Positions 17,254 to 27,346 of a stretch of 54,871 nt of DNA are shown piece by piece. The translations under genes and the position numbers were made by a program. Source of the DNA: Desulfurococcales archaeon (GTDB lineage Archaea > Thermoproteota > Thermoprotei_A > Sulfolobales > NBVN01); contig JALWZB010000087.1 in assembly GCA_027002995.1 (NCBI GenBank), forward strand, positions 1-54,871, read 5' to 3'. The notes beneath the pieces were generated by a model. That model had not been told where the DNA came from. It worked only from the letters and a program-made list of their open reading frames with translations, and did not search any database. Position 1 is the first letter of the stretch, and every line of letters starts with the position of its first letter.

Positions 17254-17964
17254 ATGGGTTACGATAGAGCAATAACTGTGTTCTCACCGGATGGCAAGCT
17301 TTACCAAGTTGAGTACGCCGCCGAAAACATCAAGAAGGGATGGACCACCGTAGCGGTCAAGATAAGGGACGCCGCACTAATCGCGGCCGAGAAGAGGCGC
17401 ATAGCCCCACTCATAGACATGAAGGACATAGTCAAGATCTACATAATAGACACGCACATAGGCTCCTCCTTCGCAGGACTAGCCGCTGACGGCAGGATAC
17501 TCATCGACTACGCTAGGAAAGTAGCGATGAACTACAGGTTCATCTACGACGAACCCGCCGACGTGGAGTACGTCGTAAGGAACGTGTGCGACATCAAGCA
17601 AATATACACGCAGCACGCCGGAGTAAGACCCTTCGGCGTATCCCTAGTCTTCGCAGGGTACGACAAGAAAGGACCGCAATTATTTAAGACCGAAATTAAC
17701 GGGTACTACTTCTCCTACAAGGCCCTAGCCCTAGGCTCGGGAGACCAGGCAGCCACGGAGTACCTAGAGAAGCACTACAGGGACGACATGGACAGGGAGG
17801 AAGCCGTGAAGCTAGCGCTAAGCGCGCTGAGAGCCTCCACGGGCTCACCGCTATCACCAGACCTCGTAGAGCTAGGGATAATCACCGAGGACGACAAGAC
17901 CTTCAGGAAGCTCACCATGGAGGAGATAACTAAATACATCAGGGCAGCCGGTGTTGATAAATGA
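17254..17964 (+). CDS. psmA: proteasome subunit alpha
   Basis: [22 protein letters not shown] hallmark. I prefer the ATG at 17254 over the track start at 17173, which adds 27 non-homologous residues. Confidence 0.95.
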   Translation: MGYDRAITVFSPDGKLYQVEYAAENIKKGWTTVAVKIRDAALIAAEKRRIAPLIDMKDIVKIYIIDTHIGSSFAGLAADGRILIDYARKVAMNYRFIYDEPADVEYVVRNVCDIKQIYTQHAGVRPFGVSLVFAGYDKKGPQLFKTEINGYYFSYKALALGSGDQAATEYLEKHYRDDMDREEAVKLALSALRASTGSPLSPDLVELGIITEDDKTFRKLTMEEITKYIRAAGVDK

Positions 17965-18653
17965 CCCACGAATACGTGATAGCCAGGTACGAGAAGGGAA
18001 AGCATAAGTTCGAGATACTGGTGGATCCGGACAAGGCCTTCAAGTACAGGGAAGGCGAGAAGATACCGATAGATGATGTACTGGTTGGGGACTACATATA
18101 CAAGGATGCGAGGAAAGGAGATAGGGCATCGCCGGAGGAGGTCAAGAAAGTATTCGGCACAACAGACATCAAGAAGGTTGCGGACACCATACTGAGGAAG
18201 GGCGAACTACAGTTAACCACCGCCCAGAGAAGGAAGCTACTGGAGGCTAAGAGGAGGTTAATCATTAACTACATAGCCCGCTCAGCAATAGATCCGAGAA
18301 CCAAGACACCCATACCGCCTCAGAGGATCGAGAAGGCTATGGAGGAAGCTAAGGTAGCTGTGGATCTCTACAAGAGCGTTGAGGAGCAAGCAGCCAAGAT
18401 AGTTAAGGCAATAGCAAGGCACCTCCCCATAAAGATAGCTAGGGCTTTAATCACTGTGAGGGTGCCGCCAGCTGTCGCTGGGAGGGCGTACTCCGAACTA
18501 AGGAGGTTGGGGGAAGTCAAGAACGAGAGGTGGTTAAACGATGGCTCACTCCTAATTGAGATAGAGATACCCGCAGGAATGCAGGGAGAGGTAATGGACT
18601 CCATAAGCCGCGCCACCCGCGGCATGGCTGAAGTTAAGGTCAAGGTGATGTGA
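17961..18653 (+). CDS. sdo1: SBDS-family ribosome maturation protein
   Basis: [25 protein letters not shown] is the SBDS N-terminal FYSH block. It overlaps psmA by ATGA. Confidence 0.9.
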   Translation: MTHEYVIARYEKGKHKFEILVDPDKAFKYREGEKIPIDDVLVGDYIYKDARKGDRASPEEVKKVFGTTDIKKVADTILRKGELQLTTAQRRKLLEAKRRLIINYIARSAIDPRTKTPIPPQRIEKAMEEAKVAVDLYKSVEEQAAKIVKAIARHLPIKIARALITVRVPPAVAGRAYSELRRLGEVKNERWLNDGSLLIEIEIPAGMQGEVMDSISRATRGMAEVKVKVM

Positions 18654-18654
18654 G

Positions 18655-19386
18655 TTGCCAGGCACCGTAAAGGTAGGTCAGAGAGAGTTAGTCGCGCCAG
18701 GAGACCTCATCGCTGAAGGTGACTTCAAGATACTATCCCCCTCCACCATCTACAAGGTAGGGAGGAAATACTACTCAGCCGTCGTCGGGTTGGTGCAGTA
18801 CGACGAATCAAGCAACACCCTAAAGATAATACCCCTAGAAGGCTACTACTACCCACAACCAGAGGACATCGTGGTTGGCGTAATCAGGTCCGTAGGCCTA
18901 ACAAGCTGGGAAGTAGACATAAGGGCGCCCTTCCCAGGAATACTTTATGCTTCCGACTTCCTTGGGAGACCGATAAACCCCGCTCGAGAGGAACTCACGG
19001 ACTACCTAGACGTCGGGGACGTAATCGTCGCCAAGATAGAGGTATTCGACCGCACAAGGGATCCACTACTCAGCACTAAGGGCAAGGGGCTAGGGAAGGT
19101 AACGAAGGGAGCTATCGTCGAGATAAACCCCGCGAAAGTGCCTAGAGTCATAGGGAAGAAAGGCTCCATGCAGTCAACCCTTGAGAACGAAACGGGGTGC
19201 AAGCTCGTTGTCGGACGCAACGGAAGGATAGTCATCGACTGCCCCAACCGGGACCTTAAGGACATACTTGTTTTGGCCATAAGGAAGATAGAGAGGGAGG
19301 CCCACATACCCGGGCTGACGGACCGTATAAAGGAGTTCATTGCGAAGGAAAAAGTTAGGAGGGGATTAATAGGTGGGAGGAGCTAA
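18655..19386 (+). CDS. rrp4: exosome complex RNA-binding protein Rrp4 (S1 + KH)
   Basis: S1-like central region, a KH GxxG block [12 protein letters not shown], and its position upstream of rrp41. Confidence 0.9.
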   Translation: MPGTVKVGQRELVAPGDLIAEGDFKILSPSTIYKVGRKYYSAVVGLVQYDESSNTLKIIPLEGYYYPQPEDIVVGVIRSVGLTSWEVDIRAPFPGILYASDFLGRPINPAREELTDYLDVGDVIVAKIEVFDRTRDPLLSTKGKGLGKVTKGAIVEINPAKVPRVIGKKGSMQSTLENETGCKLVVGRNGRIVIDCPNRDLKDILVLAIRKIEREAHIPGLTDRIKEFIAKEKVRRGLIGGRS

Positions 19387-20113
19387 AGGAGAGAAACCGA
19401 AGCTGATCCTCGAAAACGGCTTGCGGCACGATGGGCGCAGGCCCGATGAACTACGCCCGATAAAAATGCAGGTAGGCGTGCTTAAGAACGCCAACGGTTC
19501 AGCCTACGTGGAATTCGGCAAGACAAGAGTAATAGCGGCGGTGTACGGACCTAGGGAGGCGCAGCCGAAGCACATAGCGATACCGTACCGCGCAGTACTC
19601 AGGTGCAGGTACCACATGGCACCCTTCTCAACCGATGACAGGAAATCACCAGCGCCTACGAGGAGGGAGATAGAGTTATCGAAGGTGATAAGGGAGGCGC
19701 TCGAACCTGTGGTGCTCACCGAGATGTTCCCTAGGGCAGCCATAGACGTGTTCATAGAGGTAATAAGCGCCGACGGCGGCACGAGGACCACCTCATTAAC
19801 AGCGGCATCACTAGCTCTAGCCGACGCCGGAATACCCATGAGGGACCTGGTGGCGGCAGTAGCTGTGGGCAAGGTTGACGGCGTCCTAGTCCTCGACATC
19901 GACCAGGTAGAGGATAACTTCGGCGAAGCCGACATGCCGGTAGCGGCAGCGCCCGCCCTAGGTGAAATAACGCTACTCCAGCTGAACGGCGTCCTAACCA
20001 GGGAGGAGTTTGAGGAAGCCCTAGACTTAGCCCTCAAAGGCATAGAGCAGATCTACAGGATGCAGAAGGAGACCCTCAAGAGGAAGTACCTAGAAGTGGA
20101 GGTGGAGGTGTAA
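19373..20113 (+). CDS. rrp41: exosome complex exonuclease Rrp41 (RNase PH fold)
   Basis: [43 protein letters not shown] and ADGGTRT. Confidence 0.95.
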   Translation: MGGAKGEKPKLILENGLRHDGRRPDELRPIKMQVGVLKNANGSAYVEFGKTRVIAAVYGPREAQPKHIAIPYRAVLRCRYHMAPFSTDDRKSPAPTRREIELSKVIREALEPVVLTEMFPRAAIDVFIEVISADGGTRTTSLTAASLALADAGIPMRDLVAAVAVGKVDGVLVLDIDQVEDNFGEADMPVAAAPALGEITLLQLNGVLTREEFEEALDLALKGIEQIYRMQKETLKRKYLEVEVEV

Positions 20114-20117
20114 CGCA

Positions 20118-21416
20118 ATGTCAGTAACCCCATCATCGCCGGACTACATAATCCCCAAACTCAAGGCAGAAACGATAGCGTCGCTAGTCAAGAGAGGAAC
20201 CAGGCTAGACGGGCGTGGACTCCACGACATAAGGCAGGTGGAGATCATACCTAACTACCTACCCAAAGCAGACGGCTCAGCCCTAGTGAAGCTAGGGAAC
20301 ACGCAGGTACTAGTAGGTGTGAAGCTAGAGGTAGGAACACCGTACCCCGATGCCCCAGACCAAGGCGTAATAATAGTTTCCGCGGAGTTCGTACCCATGG
20401 CATCGCCAGTATTCGAGCCAGGGCCGCCCGACGAGAACGCCATCGAGCTAGCGAGGGTTATAGACAGGTCAATAAGGGAGCTAGGCGCCATAGACCTAAG
20501 CAAGCTAGTCCTAATCCCGGGTAAGAAGGTGTGGGTTGTGTGGATAGACATCTACGTCCTAGACCATGACGGGAACCTTGTAGATGCGTCATCAATAGCG
20601 ACACTAGCCGCCCTACTAACCGCGAAGATACCTAAGGCAGTGATAAGCGAGGAAGACGAACAAATAGTCGTCGACAAAACAACGCACGTAGCGCAACTCC
20701 CCTTACTGAAGAAAGTGGTCACAGTAACTGTAGGGAAGCTAGGGAAAGCACTCATTGTGGACCCAGACCTGGAAGAGGAAAGTGTGCTGGATACTAAGAT
20801 AATATTCGCGATATCGGAGGACGGGAGGATAGCAGGGATCCAGAAGAGCGGTCCCTCCTCAATAACCAAGGACGAAGTCCTAAGAGCCACAGACGTAGCA
20901 ATAAAGAAAGGACAAGAACTAATCAAGATCATTGAACAAGCAGTCGAGGCCGCGGTAAAGCAAGCTGAAGCCAAGGAGGAAAAGAAGGTAGAGGAAGTGA
21001 AGGAGGAGAAGGAGGAAGCACTCGAGGCGAAGGAAAGTGCTGTCGAAGAAGTGACGGAGGGTGAGGAAGTAGAGGAAACATCCGAAACCATCGAAGCCGC
21101 CGAAGAGGAAGAGGAGGGTAAGGAAGAGGAAGTAACCGAGGAGAGGGAGGCTGAGGAACCAGTCAAGAAGCTAGAGGAGGAAGTGGAAGAAGAGCCAGCA
21201 AAAAAAGAAGCCGCCCCAGCCGCTCGAGAGGAAAGGGAAGGACAACCGACAGAAGCAGAGCGGGAGGAAAAGGAAGAGGAAGCAAGGGAGGCAAAAGGGA
21301 AGGAGGTAGAGGGAGAAGCAGGGGAAAAGGTAGGAGCCGAGGAAGCGGTGGGCGAAGAGGAAAGCAGTAAGGAGAAGAAGACTGGCGATGAGGAAAGCTT
21401 AAATTCAACTCAATAA
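20118..21416 (+). CDS. rrp42: exosome complex subunit Rrp42 with a ~160-aa acidic C-terminal extension
   Basis: RNase PH-like core RLDGRGLHDIRQVEI...ADGSALVKLGNTQVLVGVK. From about residue 275 the sequence becomes an E/K/A-rich low-complexity tail. Confidence 0.9.
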   Translation: MSVTPSSPDYIIPKLKAETIASLVKRGTRLDGRGLHDIRQVEIIPNYLPKADGSALVKLGNTQVLVGVKLEVGTPYPDAPDQGVIIVSAEFVPMASPVFEPGPPDENAIELARVIDRSIRELGAIDLSKLVLIPGKKVWVVWIDIYVLDHDGNLVDASSIATLAALLTAKIPKAVISEEDEQIVVDKTTHVAQLPLLKKVVTVTVGKLGKALIVDPDLEEESVLDTKIIFAISEDGRIAGIQKSGPSSITKDEVLRATDVAIKKGQELIKIIEQAVEAAVKQAEAKEEKKVEEVKEEKEEALEAKESAVEEVTEGEEVEETSETIEAAEEEEEGKEEEVTEEREAEEPVKKLEEEVEEEPAKKEAAPAAREEREGQPTEAEREEKEEEAREAKGKEVEGEAGEKVGAEEAVGEEESSKEKKTGDEESLNSTQ

Positions 21417-21439
21417 ACGAATGAGGCAGGTGCGGCAGA

Positions 21440-21706
21440 ATGGGCAAGAGAACTAAGGTAGTAGGTATCGCGGGGCGGTTCGGGGCTAGGTACGGCTCAA
21501 CGCTGAGGAAACGATGGAAGAGGGTCATGGAACGCAGGTACGCCCCCTATGAATGCCCCCACTGTGGAACAAAGACCGTTATGAAGAGAATAGCCGTCGG
21601 CCTGTGGAAGTGCCCTAAGTGCGGAACGGTGTTTGCGGGAGGCGCGTACCAACCCACAACAGAGCTCAGTAAGACCGTAATAGGGCGTCAAACAAGGCAA
21701 TGGTAG
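21440..21706 (+). CDS. rpl37ae: 50S ribosomal protein L37Ae (eL43)
   Basis: Zinc ribbon CPHCG...CPKCG and GIAGRFGARYGSTLRKR. Confidence 0.95.
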   Translation: MGKRTKVVGIAGRFGARYGSTLRKRWKRVMERRYAPYECPHCGTKTVMKRIAVGLWKCPKCGTVFAGGAYQPTTELSKTVIGRQTRQW

Positions 21707-21720
21707 CGTGTTAGCAGACG

Positions 21721-22296
21721 ATGAGCGTAGGAAGACACGAAAATAAATTATTGATAACCACATCCCGCGAACCCTCTAGGAGAACACGGTCTTTTATCAA
21801 GGACTTAGTCACCACGATACCCCACGCAATAAAGTTTAACCGAGGTAAAGCCACGCTACTAGACCTCTCCTCAATAGCCCGCAGAACAGGAGCATATGGT
21901 GTACTGATAGTCCTCGAGAAAAAGGCAAACCCCTCAGCACTCACTTTCCACACACCCGAGCCAGACGGGCTCAAGAGGGTCTCGCTACTGAAGATAACAT
22001 CGGTTAAGTTAATGAGGGAAATGCTGGACTCGCAGAAGCCCCTAGGAATAAATAAGATCATCATGAACCTCAAAGGAACCGAGAAGGACGAGTTACTCGC
22101 CGAGACAGCCGAGGAACTCATAAGGGCCTTACGGCCGGAAGTAGCTCAATACGAGGGGGAGACTGAGCCAGCCGTAGAGGTAATCCTCGGGAGAAGAGAG
22201 GACGGCGTGGTGGTGAACTTCGTATGCACCTCCACAGGCAGGCCCTGCGGTCCTCGCTTCGTAGTGACTAAGGTGATAAGGTATGACCAGCGATGA
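21721..22296 (+). CDS. Brix-domain ribosome biogenesis protein (Imp4 superfamily)
   Basis: LLITTSREPSRRTRSFIKDLVTTIPHAIKFNRGK is typical of the archaeal Brix family. The position after rpl37ae is conserved in the exosome superoperon. Confidence 0.8.
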   Translation: MSVGRHENKLLITTSREPSRRTRSFIKDLVTTIPHAIKFNRGKATLLDLSSIARRTGAYGVLIVLEKKANPSALTFHTPEPDGLKRVSLLKITSVKLMREMLDSQKPLGINKIIMNLKGTEKDELLAETAEELIRALRPEVAQYEGETEPAVEVILGRREDGVVVNFVCTSTGRPCGPRFVVTKVIRYDQR

Positions 22297-22558
22297 GGTC
22301 AAACACATATCACTAAGCATACTACTGGACGACATCCCCGAAGACCTAAGTGAAACACTGGTCAAGTCACTTAAGCCGGAAATGGAAAGTGAGATGCGTG
22401 GAGTTAGAGCCAATATAAGCTTAGATGAGGAGGGCGTGAAGATCGAGATACGCGCACCCAACCACTCAGCATTCAGGGCGGCTCTCAACAGCGTTCTACG
22501 CCTATCTAGCACCGTGCTGAACCTCATAGACGAACTAAGGAGGAGGAACCTAGCTTAA
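22283..22558 (+). CDS. pcc1: KEOPS subunit Pcc1-like protein
   Basis: 91 aa. IEIRAPNHSAFRAALNSVLRLSSTVLNLIDEL resembles the Pcc1 C-terminal helix. The position before prefoldin beta is conserved. Confidence 0.55.
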   Translation: MTSDEVKHISLSILLDDIPEDLSETLVKSLKPEMESEMRGVRANISLDEEGVKIEIRAPNHSAFRAALNSVLRLSSTVLNLIDELRRRNLA

Positions 22559-22611
22559 CCACCAGCAATATTTAAAGTCCTCCCCATCTATGGTGAGAGG
22601 GTGAGGATTAA

Positions 22612-22983
22612 GTGGCGCAAAGAATACCCCCCGAGCTAGAGCAGGCAGTGATAAAGTACCAGCAAGTGGAATCCCAGCTCGCTTCAATAATCGCGCAGAA
22701 ATCCGTCATAACCTCAGAGATCAGCGAGATCGACAGGACCCTAAACATTCTGAAGTCCGTTAGCGAGGACACACCGGTGTACAAGAACACGGGCTTCGTC
22801 CTAATTAAGGTTCCTAAGGATGAAGTAATCAAGGAGCTAGAGGAGAAGAAAGAGGAGCTAGAAATCAGACTCAACAGTTTCTCGAAAATGGAGGAAACCC
22901 TGAAAAAGCAGTTAGAGGAGCTAAAGAAGAAGCTCGAGAAATTCAGCTTAGGCAGACCTACGGGGGCTCCCAAAGCTGGTTAA
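22612..22983 (+). CDS. pfdB: prefoldin subunit beta
   Basis: 123-aa coiled coil / beta hairpin / coiled coil: YQQVESQLASI...VYKNTGFVLIKV...LEELKKKLE. Confidence 0.9.
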   Translation: MAQRIPPELEQAVIKYQQVESQLASIIAQKSVITSEISEIDRTLNILKSVSEDTPVYKNTGFVLIKVPKDEVIKELEEKKEELEIRLNSFSKMEETLKKQLEELKKKLEKFSLGRPTGAPKAG

Positions 22984-23314
22984 GCGCAAGGTCCCCATCG
23001 AGAAGATAGGTATAAACGCGAGCTCATTAAGCACAGATGAGTTAGAGGAAATAGCGTTAAGGGCATCAGAAGAACTTCTTTCATCACTAAAGCAACTCAT
23101 CCCAAGACGCGATGACTACCTAGCCCACATATCAATTCAACGTGAAGGAGAGGCCGTGAACGTCTTAGTAAATGTGGAGGTGGAGGGGACAGCACCGCTA
23201 ACCCCTCAACTCGAGGCGCTAATAGATGAGGCCATAGACAAGGCGCTCAAGGTGGTAAGGGATGAACTTAAGCGTAGAGCCAGCAGACGCGGAGAGGCTG
23301 AGGAAGTGGGTTGA
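22976..23314 (+). CDS. DUF3194-like small protein, absent from the ORF track; start codon uncertain (no ATG/GTG/TTG)
   Basis: The frame is open from 22952 to the stop at 23312-23314. It reads ...VKRKVPIEKIGINASSLSTDELEEIALRASEELLSSLKQLIPRRDDYLAHISIQREGEAVNVLVNVEVEGTAPLTPQLEALIDEAIDKALKVVRDEL.... It shares the A/C-ending codon usage of its neighbours and fills an otherwise 278-nt gap in a tightly packed operon. Confidence 0.45.
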   Translation: MVKRKVPIEKIGINASSLSTDELEEIALRASEELLSSLKQLIPRRDDYLAHISIQREGEAVNVLVNVEVEGTAPLTPQLEALIDEAIDKALKVVRDELKRRASRRGEAEEVG

Positions 23315-24320
23315 GGGTCTAGGAGAGGGTACCGTATGCATAGCGATGCACAGGAACGCCGACCCAGACGCCCTAGCCTCAGCCTTGGGGGTTAAGGAGA
23401 TACTTCAGAGCCTAGCCATTAAGAAAAACATACTCGTACTAACGTCTGAGGGTCTAGAACAGGTATCGAAGAAACTCCTAGAGGCCCTAGCACCGAGGGC
23501 CGAGGTAATTAATGATAACCCAAGTAAGTGTGACGCGGCCGTAATCGTTGATACCTCAACACCGCAGCAGCTGAATAAGTTGTCCTCGTTGCTGAGCAAG
23601 CCCTACGTCGTGATAGACCATCACGAGGTAAATGACCTAGTTGAGGGGGCAGACGTGAGCATTCATAGACCCTCAGCCGCGTCAACCAGCGAGCTAGTGG
23701 CTGAGTTAATGATGTACCTCAAAGTAAGACCTGATTCCAGAATCCTCACGTTCCTCATAGCTGGTGTGCTCTACGACACCAGGATACTCAGGTTAGCCAG
23801 CCCAGAAACCTTCGCCGTAATGGCGTGGCTAACCGAGAACGGAGGCGATTACAGGCAAGCTCTTAACATCCTCACACTACGGGAGGTAAGCCGCTCAGAA
23901 GTAATAGCCAGGTTGAAGGGCCTCTCAAGGACTGGGCTATACAGGCTAAACAAAGAAGTAATACTTGCGGTGACGTGCATCGGCGCACATGAATCGGCCG
24001 TGCTTAAAGCCCTCATCGACGCTGGTGCCGACGTAGCCATCGCCGTAGCGAAAAGACCTAACGCAACACGGATAACTATCCGCATATCACAGTCATTCCT
24101 CAAGAAGTTCGGGGGCGAACCCATAGCCTCAAACCTAGCACTACACTTCGCAAAAGAACTCGGTGGCTCGGGCGGAGGGCACGCGGGTGCTGCGGGAGCA
24201 CTAATAAACTCTCGCGTAAGCCCTAAGCAGATCCTGAAAACCATAGCACGTTTCTTCGCGAGAAAAGGGTATAGCATAGGGATACTTGAGGAGGGTCGTT
24301 GGATGGAGGAGTGTGAGTAG
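23262..24320 (+). CDS. DHH/DHHA1 family phosphoesterase (NrnA/RecJ-like)
   Basis: Motif I MHRNADPDALAS, motif II VIVDTS, motif III VVIDHH and DHHA1 motif GGSGGGHAGAAGA. Confidence 0.8.
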   Translation: MNLSVEPADAERLRKWVEGLGEGTVCIAMHRNADPDALASALGVKEILQSLAIKKNILVLTSEGLEQVSKKLLEALAPRAEVINDNPSKCDAAVIVDTSTPQQLNKLSSLLSKPYVVIDHHEVNDLVEGADVSIHRPSAASTSELVAELMMYLKVRPDSRILTFLIAGVLYDTRILRLASPETFAVMAWLTENGGDYRQALNILTLREVSRSEVIARLKGLSRTGLYRLNKEVILAVTCIGAHESAVLKALIDAGADVAIAVAKRPNATRITIRISQSFLKKFGGEPIASNLALHFAKELGGSGGGHAGAAGALINSRVSPKQILKTIARFFARKGYSIGILEEGRWMEECE

Positions 24321-24322
24321 GG

Positions 24323-25054
24323 TTGGTGAAGGTTTACGTCGACCTCAGAGAGAAAGCCTCCCACGTACCGAAGTACCTCACCGAGATGGGCGTATCAGTG
24401 ATCTACAAGCAGCTAGAGGTAGGTGATTACATGGTTACCGAGGACACGGTCATCGAGAGAAAAAGGGTCGACGACTTAGCCCACTCGGTTTTCGAGGGAA
24501 GGTTCTTCGACCAGGTGCGTCGCCTAAAGGCATCCGGCCTAAGGACGTTCATCTTAGTTGAAGGCGACCTAATGTACTTACGCCGCATAACCAACAAGTA
24601 CAAAGCCGTCGAGGCAGCGCTAGTAACGGCAGTAATATACAACAACATCCCAGTAATTTACACGAGAAACTCAAAACACACGGCTGAAACAATAAAGCTG
24701 ATTGCTGAGAAGCTCCAAACAACTAGGAAACCCTCCGCCACGGCACTCTTTCCAACGTACAGGAAACAGCAGAAGCCTAAGGAACAGGACCTAAGCGAAT
24801 GGCAACTTTACGTCCTTGCATCCTTCCCAGGCATAGGGCCGACACTAGCTGACAGATTACTAAGGAAGTTCGGTAGTCTGAGGGCGGTGCTCGAGGCTTC
24901 CCCTGTGGAGCTCTCGCGTGTAGAAGGTATTAGTGAGGAGAAGGCCCAGTTAATTAAACGCATACTTGACTACCCATATAGCAAGAAACATGAAGGAGTA
25001 GGTGGGGGTCTAGAGCGGTTCTACAGCAAGGAACACGAGAGGAAGCAGGAGTGA
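24323..25054 (+). CDS. xpf: short crenarchaeal XPF (ERCC4 nuclease + HhH2)
   Basis: ERCC4 block GDYMVTEDTVIERKRVDDLAHSVFEGRFFDQ, followed by helix-hairpin-helix FPGIGPTLADRLLRKFGSL. Confidence 0.85.
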   Translation: MVKVYVDLREKASHVPKYLTEMGVSVIYKQLEVGDYMVTEDTVIERKRVDDLAHSVFEGRFFDQVRRLKASGLRTFILVEGDLMYLRRITNKYKAVEAALVTAVIYNNIPVIYTRNSKHTAETIKLIAEKLQTTRKPSATALFPTYRKQQKPKEQDLSEWQLYVLASFPGIGPTLADRLLRKFGSLRAVLEASPVELSRVEGISEEKAQLIKRILDYPYSKKHEGVGGGLERFYSKEHERKQE

Positions 25055-25110
25055 GTGCCTTACTGCTAAGCTTTTAAATTCCAATGCTTCTATCCCCTAG
25101 GTTAGGAATC

Positions 25111-27327
25111 ATGCCCAGATACAAGACTGTGGAACAGATACAGAAGCTAATGTCTAACCTAGAGCGCGTCAGGAACATAGGAATAATCGCGCACGTAGAC
25201 CACGGCAAGACTACGACATCGGACCTGCTGCTAGCAGCGGCAGGAATAATTTCAGTCAAGGTCGCTGGTGAGGCGCTGGCCCTAGACTACCTCGACGTCG
25301 AGCAGAAGAGAGGCGTCACCGTAAAGTCGGCCAACATTAGCCTCTACCACGAAATGGGTGGTAAAGGCTACGTAATCAACCTAATCGACACGCCCGGACA
25401 CGTGGACTTCTCAGGTAAAGTCACAAGGTCCCTAAGAGTACTTGACGGTGCCATCGTTGTCGTAGACGCCGTTGAAGGCGTGATGACACAGACTGAGACC
25501 GTACTAAGGCAGGCACTTGAGGAGAGGGTAAGGCCACTCCTATACATCAACAAGGTCGACAGGCTCATAAAGGAACTCAAGCTATCACCTCAGGAAATAC
25601 AGAAGAGATTCATAACGATCATTAAGGAAGTGAACAGCCTCATCAAGGAATACGCCGAACCAGGGTTCAGGGACAAGTGGTTACTAGATCCCGCCAAAGG
25701 CCAGGTAGCGTTCGGTTCAGCGAGGGATAAGATAGGCCTGACGGTACCTTACGCCAAGAGGAAAGGAATAACGATCATGGACATGATGAACGCTTACGCC
25801 AAAGGAAAGCAAGCCGTGGAGGAATTACAGAAAGCTATACCACTTCACGAAGCCCTACTGGAAATGGTCATTAACCACGTGCCCAACCCGAAGGAAGCCC
25901 AGAAGTACAGGATACCTAAGATATGGAAGGGCGACATAAACTCCGAGTTAGGGCAAGCCATGATGAACGCCGACCCCAACGGCCCGACGGTCTTCCTAGT
26001 GAGTGACATGAGGATAGACCCACACGCAGGCATGGTAGCGACCGGCAGGGTATTCTCAGGAACGCTAAGGCCCGGCCAGGAACTGTGGCTCGTCATGGCA
26101 AGAACGAAACAGAGGGCACTACAGGTTAGCCTCTACATGGGTCCGATTAGGGAGCAAGTGAATGCGGTACTCGCCGGAAACATAGGTGCAGTGCTAGGCC
26201 TAGACAAAGCTAGGGCAGGTGAAACCGCGGTCGAGGTTGCCTTCAAGGATCAGGCAGCCCCGTTCGAAAAGCTACACTACGTATCCGAGCCTGTCGTGAC
26301 GATGGCTATAGAGCCGAAGCGCATGCAGGACTTGACAAAGCTAATCGACGCGTTAAGGAAGATGTCGATCGAGGACCCGAACCTAGTCGTGAAGATAAAT
26401 GAGGAGACAGGCGAGTACCTAATATCTGGTATGGGCCCACTCCACTTAGAGATCGTCCTAACGCTCCTTAAGGAGAACTACGGGCTTGAAGTAGAAACAT
26501 CACCACCTATCGTAGTTTACAGGGAAACCGTCAGGGCAGCCTCAAGAGTGCTTGAGGGTAAGTCACCGAACAAGCACAACAAGCTCTACATAAGTGTCGA
26601 GCCACTAAATAACGAGACAATCCAGCTAATTCAGCAGGGCGTCATCTCCGAGGACATGGACGCTAGGGAGAGAGCCAAGATACTCAGAGACAAGGCTGGA
26701 TGGGACTACGACGAAGCCCGCCGCATATGGGCGATTGACGAGAACTTCAACATATTCGTGGATAGGACCGTTGGTGTGCAGCACCTAAGGGAAGTCAAGG
26801 ACACGATAATCCAGGGCTTCAGGTTAGCAATGGCTGAAGGTCCACTAGCTAAGGAACCGGTGAGGGGTGTTAAGGTAATACTGCATGACGCCATAGTGCA
26901 CGAGGACCCAGCCCACAGAGGTCCAGCCCAGCTATTTCCGGCCGTCAGGAACCCGATATACGCTGGAATGCTCATGGCGCGTCCAACACTCCTAGAGCCC
27001 ATACAGAAGCTGGACATTAAGACCCCGATGGAAACAATGAGCGCGGTCATCTCAGTCATAACAAGGAAGAGAGGCAAGGTACTGGACGTTATTCAGCTAA
27101 GCCCAACCCAAGTGAGGATAATAGCCGAAATACCCGTGGCAGAGTCAATGAACCTAGCGAATGAGTTAAGATCAGCCACAGCCGGCAGGGCCTTCTGGGG
27201 CACTGAATTCAGTAGGTGGGCTCCGGTACCTGACTCACTTCTAATGGACATAGTGAAGAAGATCAGGCAGAGGAAGGGACTAAAGCCAGAACCGCCAAAG
27301 CCAGAGGACTTCATATCCCCCTACTAA
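25111..27327 (+). CDS. fusA: translation elongation factor 2 (aEF-2)
   Basis: G1 [10 protein letters not shown]3 DTPGH, NKVD, and the diphthamide-loop region [11 protein letters not shown]. The ATG at 25111 ([10 protein letters not shown]) is preferred over 25084. Confidence 0.97.
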   Translation: MPRYKTVEQIQKLMSNLERVRNIGIIAHVDHGKTTTSDLLLAAAGIISVKVAGEALALDYLDVEQKRGVTVKSANISLYHEMGGKGYVINLIDTPGHVDFSGKVTRSLRVLDGAIVVVDAVEGVMTQTETVLRQALEERVRPLLYINKVDRLIKELKLSPQEIQKRFITIIKEVNSLIKEYAEPGFRDKWLLDPAKGQVAFGSARDKIGLTVPYAKRKGITIMDMMNAYAKGKQAVEELQKAIPLHEALLEMVINHVPNPKEAQKYRIPKIWKGDINSELGQAMMNADPNGPTVFLVSDMRIDPHAGMVATGRVFSGTLRPGQELWLVMARTKQRALQVSLYMGPIREQVNAVLAGNIGAVLGLDKARAGETAVEVAFKDQAAPFEKLHYVSEPVVTMAIEPKRMQDLTKLIDALRKMSIEDPNLVVKINEETGEYLISGMGPLHLEIVLTLLKENYGLEVETSPPIVVYRETVRAASRVLEGKSPNKHNKLYISVEPLNNETIQLIQQGVISEDMDARERAKILRDKAGWDYDEARRIWAIDENFNIFVDRTVGVQHLREVKDTIIQGFRLAMAEGPLAKEPVRGVKVILHDAIVHEDPAHRGPAQLFPAVRNPIYAGMLMARPTLLEPIQKLDIKTPMETMSAVISVITRKRGKVLDVIQLSPTQVRIIAEIPVAESMNLANELRSATAGRAFWGTEFSRWAPVPDSLLMDIVKKIRQRKGLKPEPPKPEDFISPY

Positions 27328-27335
27328 CCCTAGGC

Positions 27336-27340
27336 TTTTT
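27336..27340 (+). terminator. oligo-T tract downstream of EF-2
   Basis: TTTTT lies 9 nt after the stop codon, the usual archaeal terminator form. Weak evidence. Confidence 0.25.
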
Positions 27341-27346
27341 AGCAAC

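Noticed and set aside
20552-21528. Two long minus-strand ORFs (204 and 121 aa), Ser/Leu/Pro-rich
   Set aside because: They are antisense shadows of the GAA/GAG/AAG-rich region encoding the Rrp42 acidic tail. The low-complexity translation is typical of non-coding frames.
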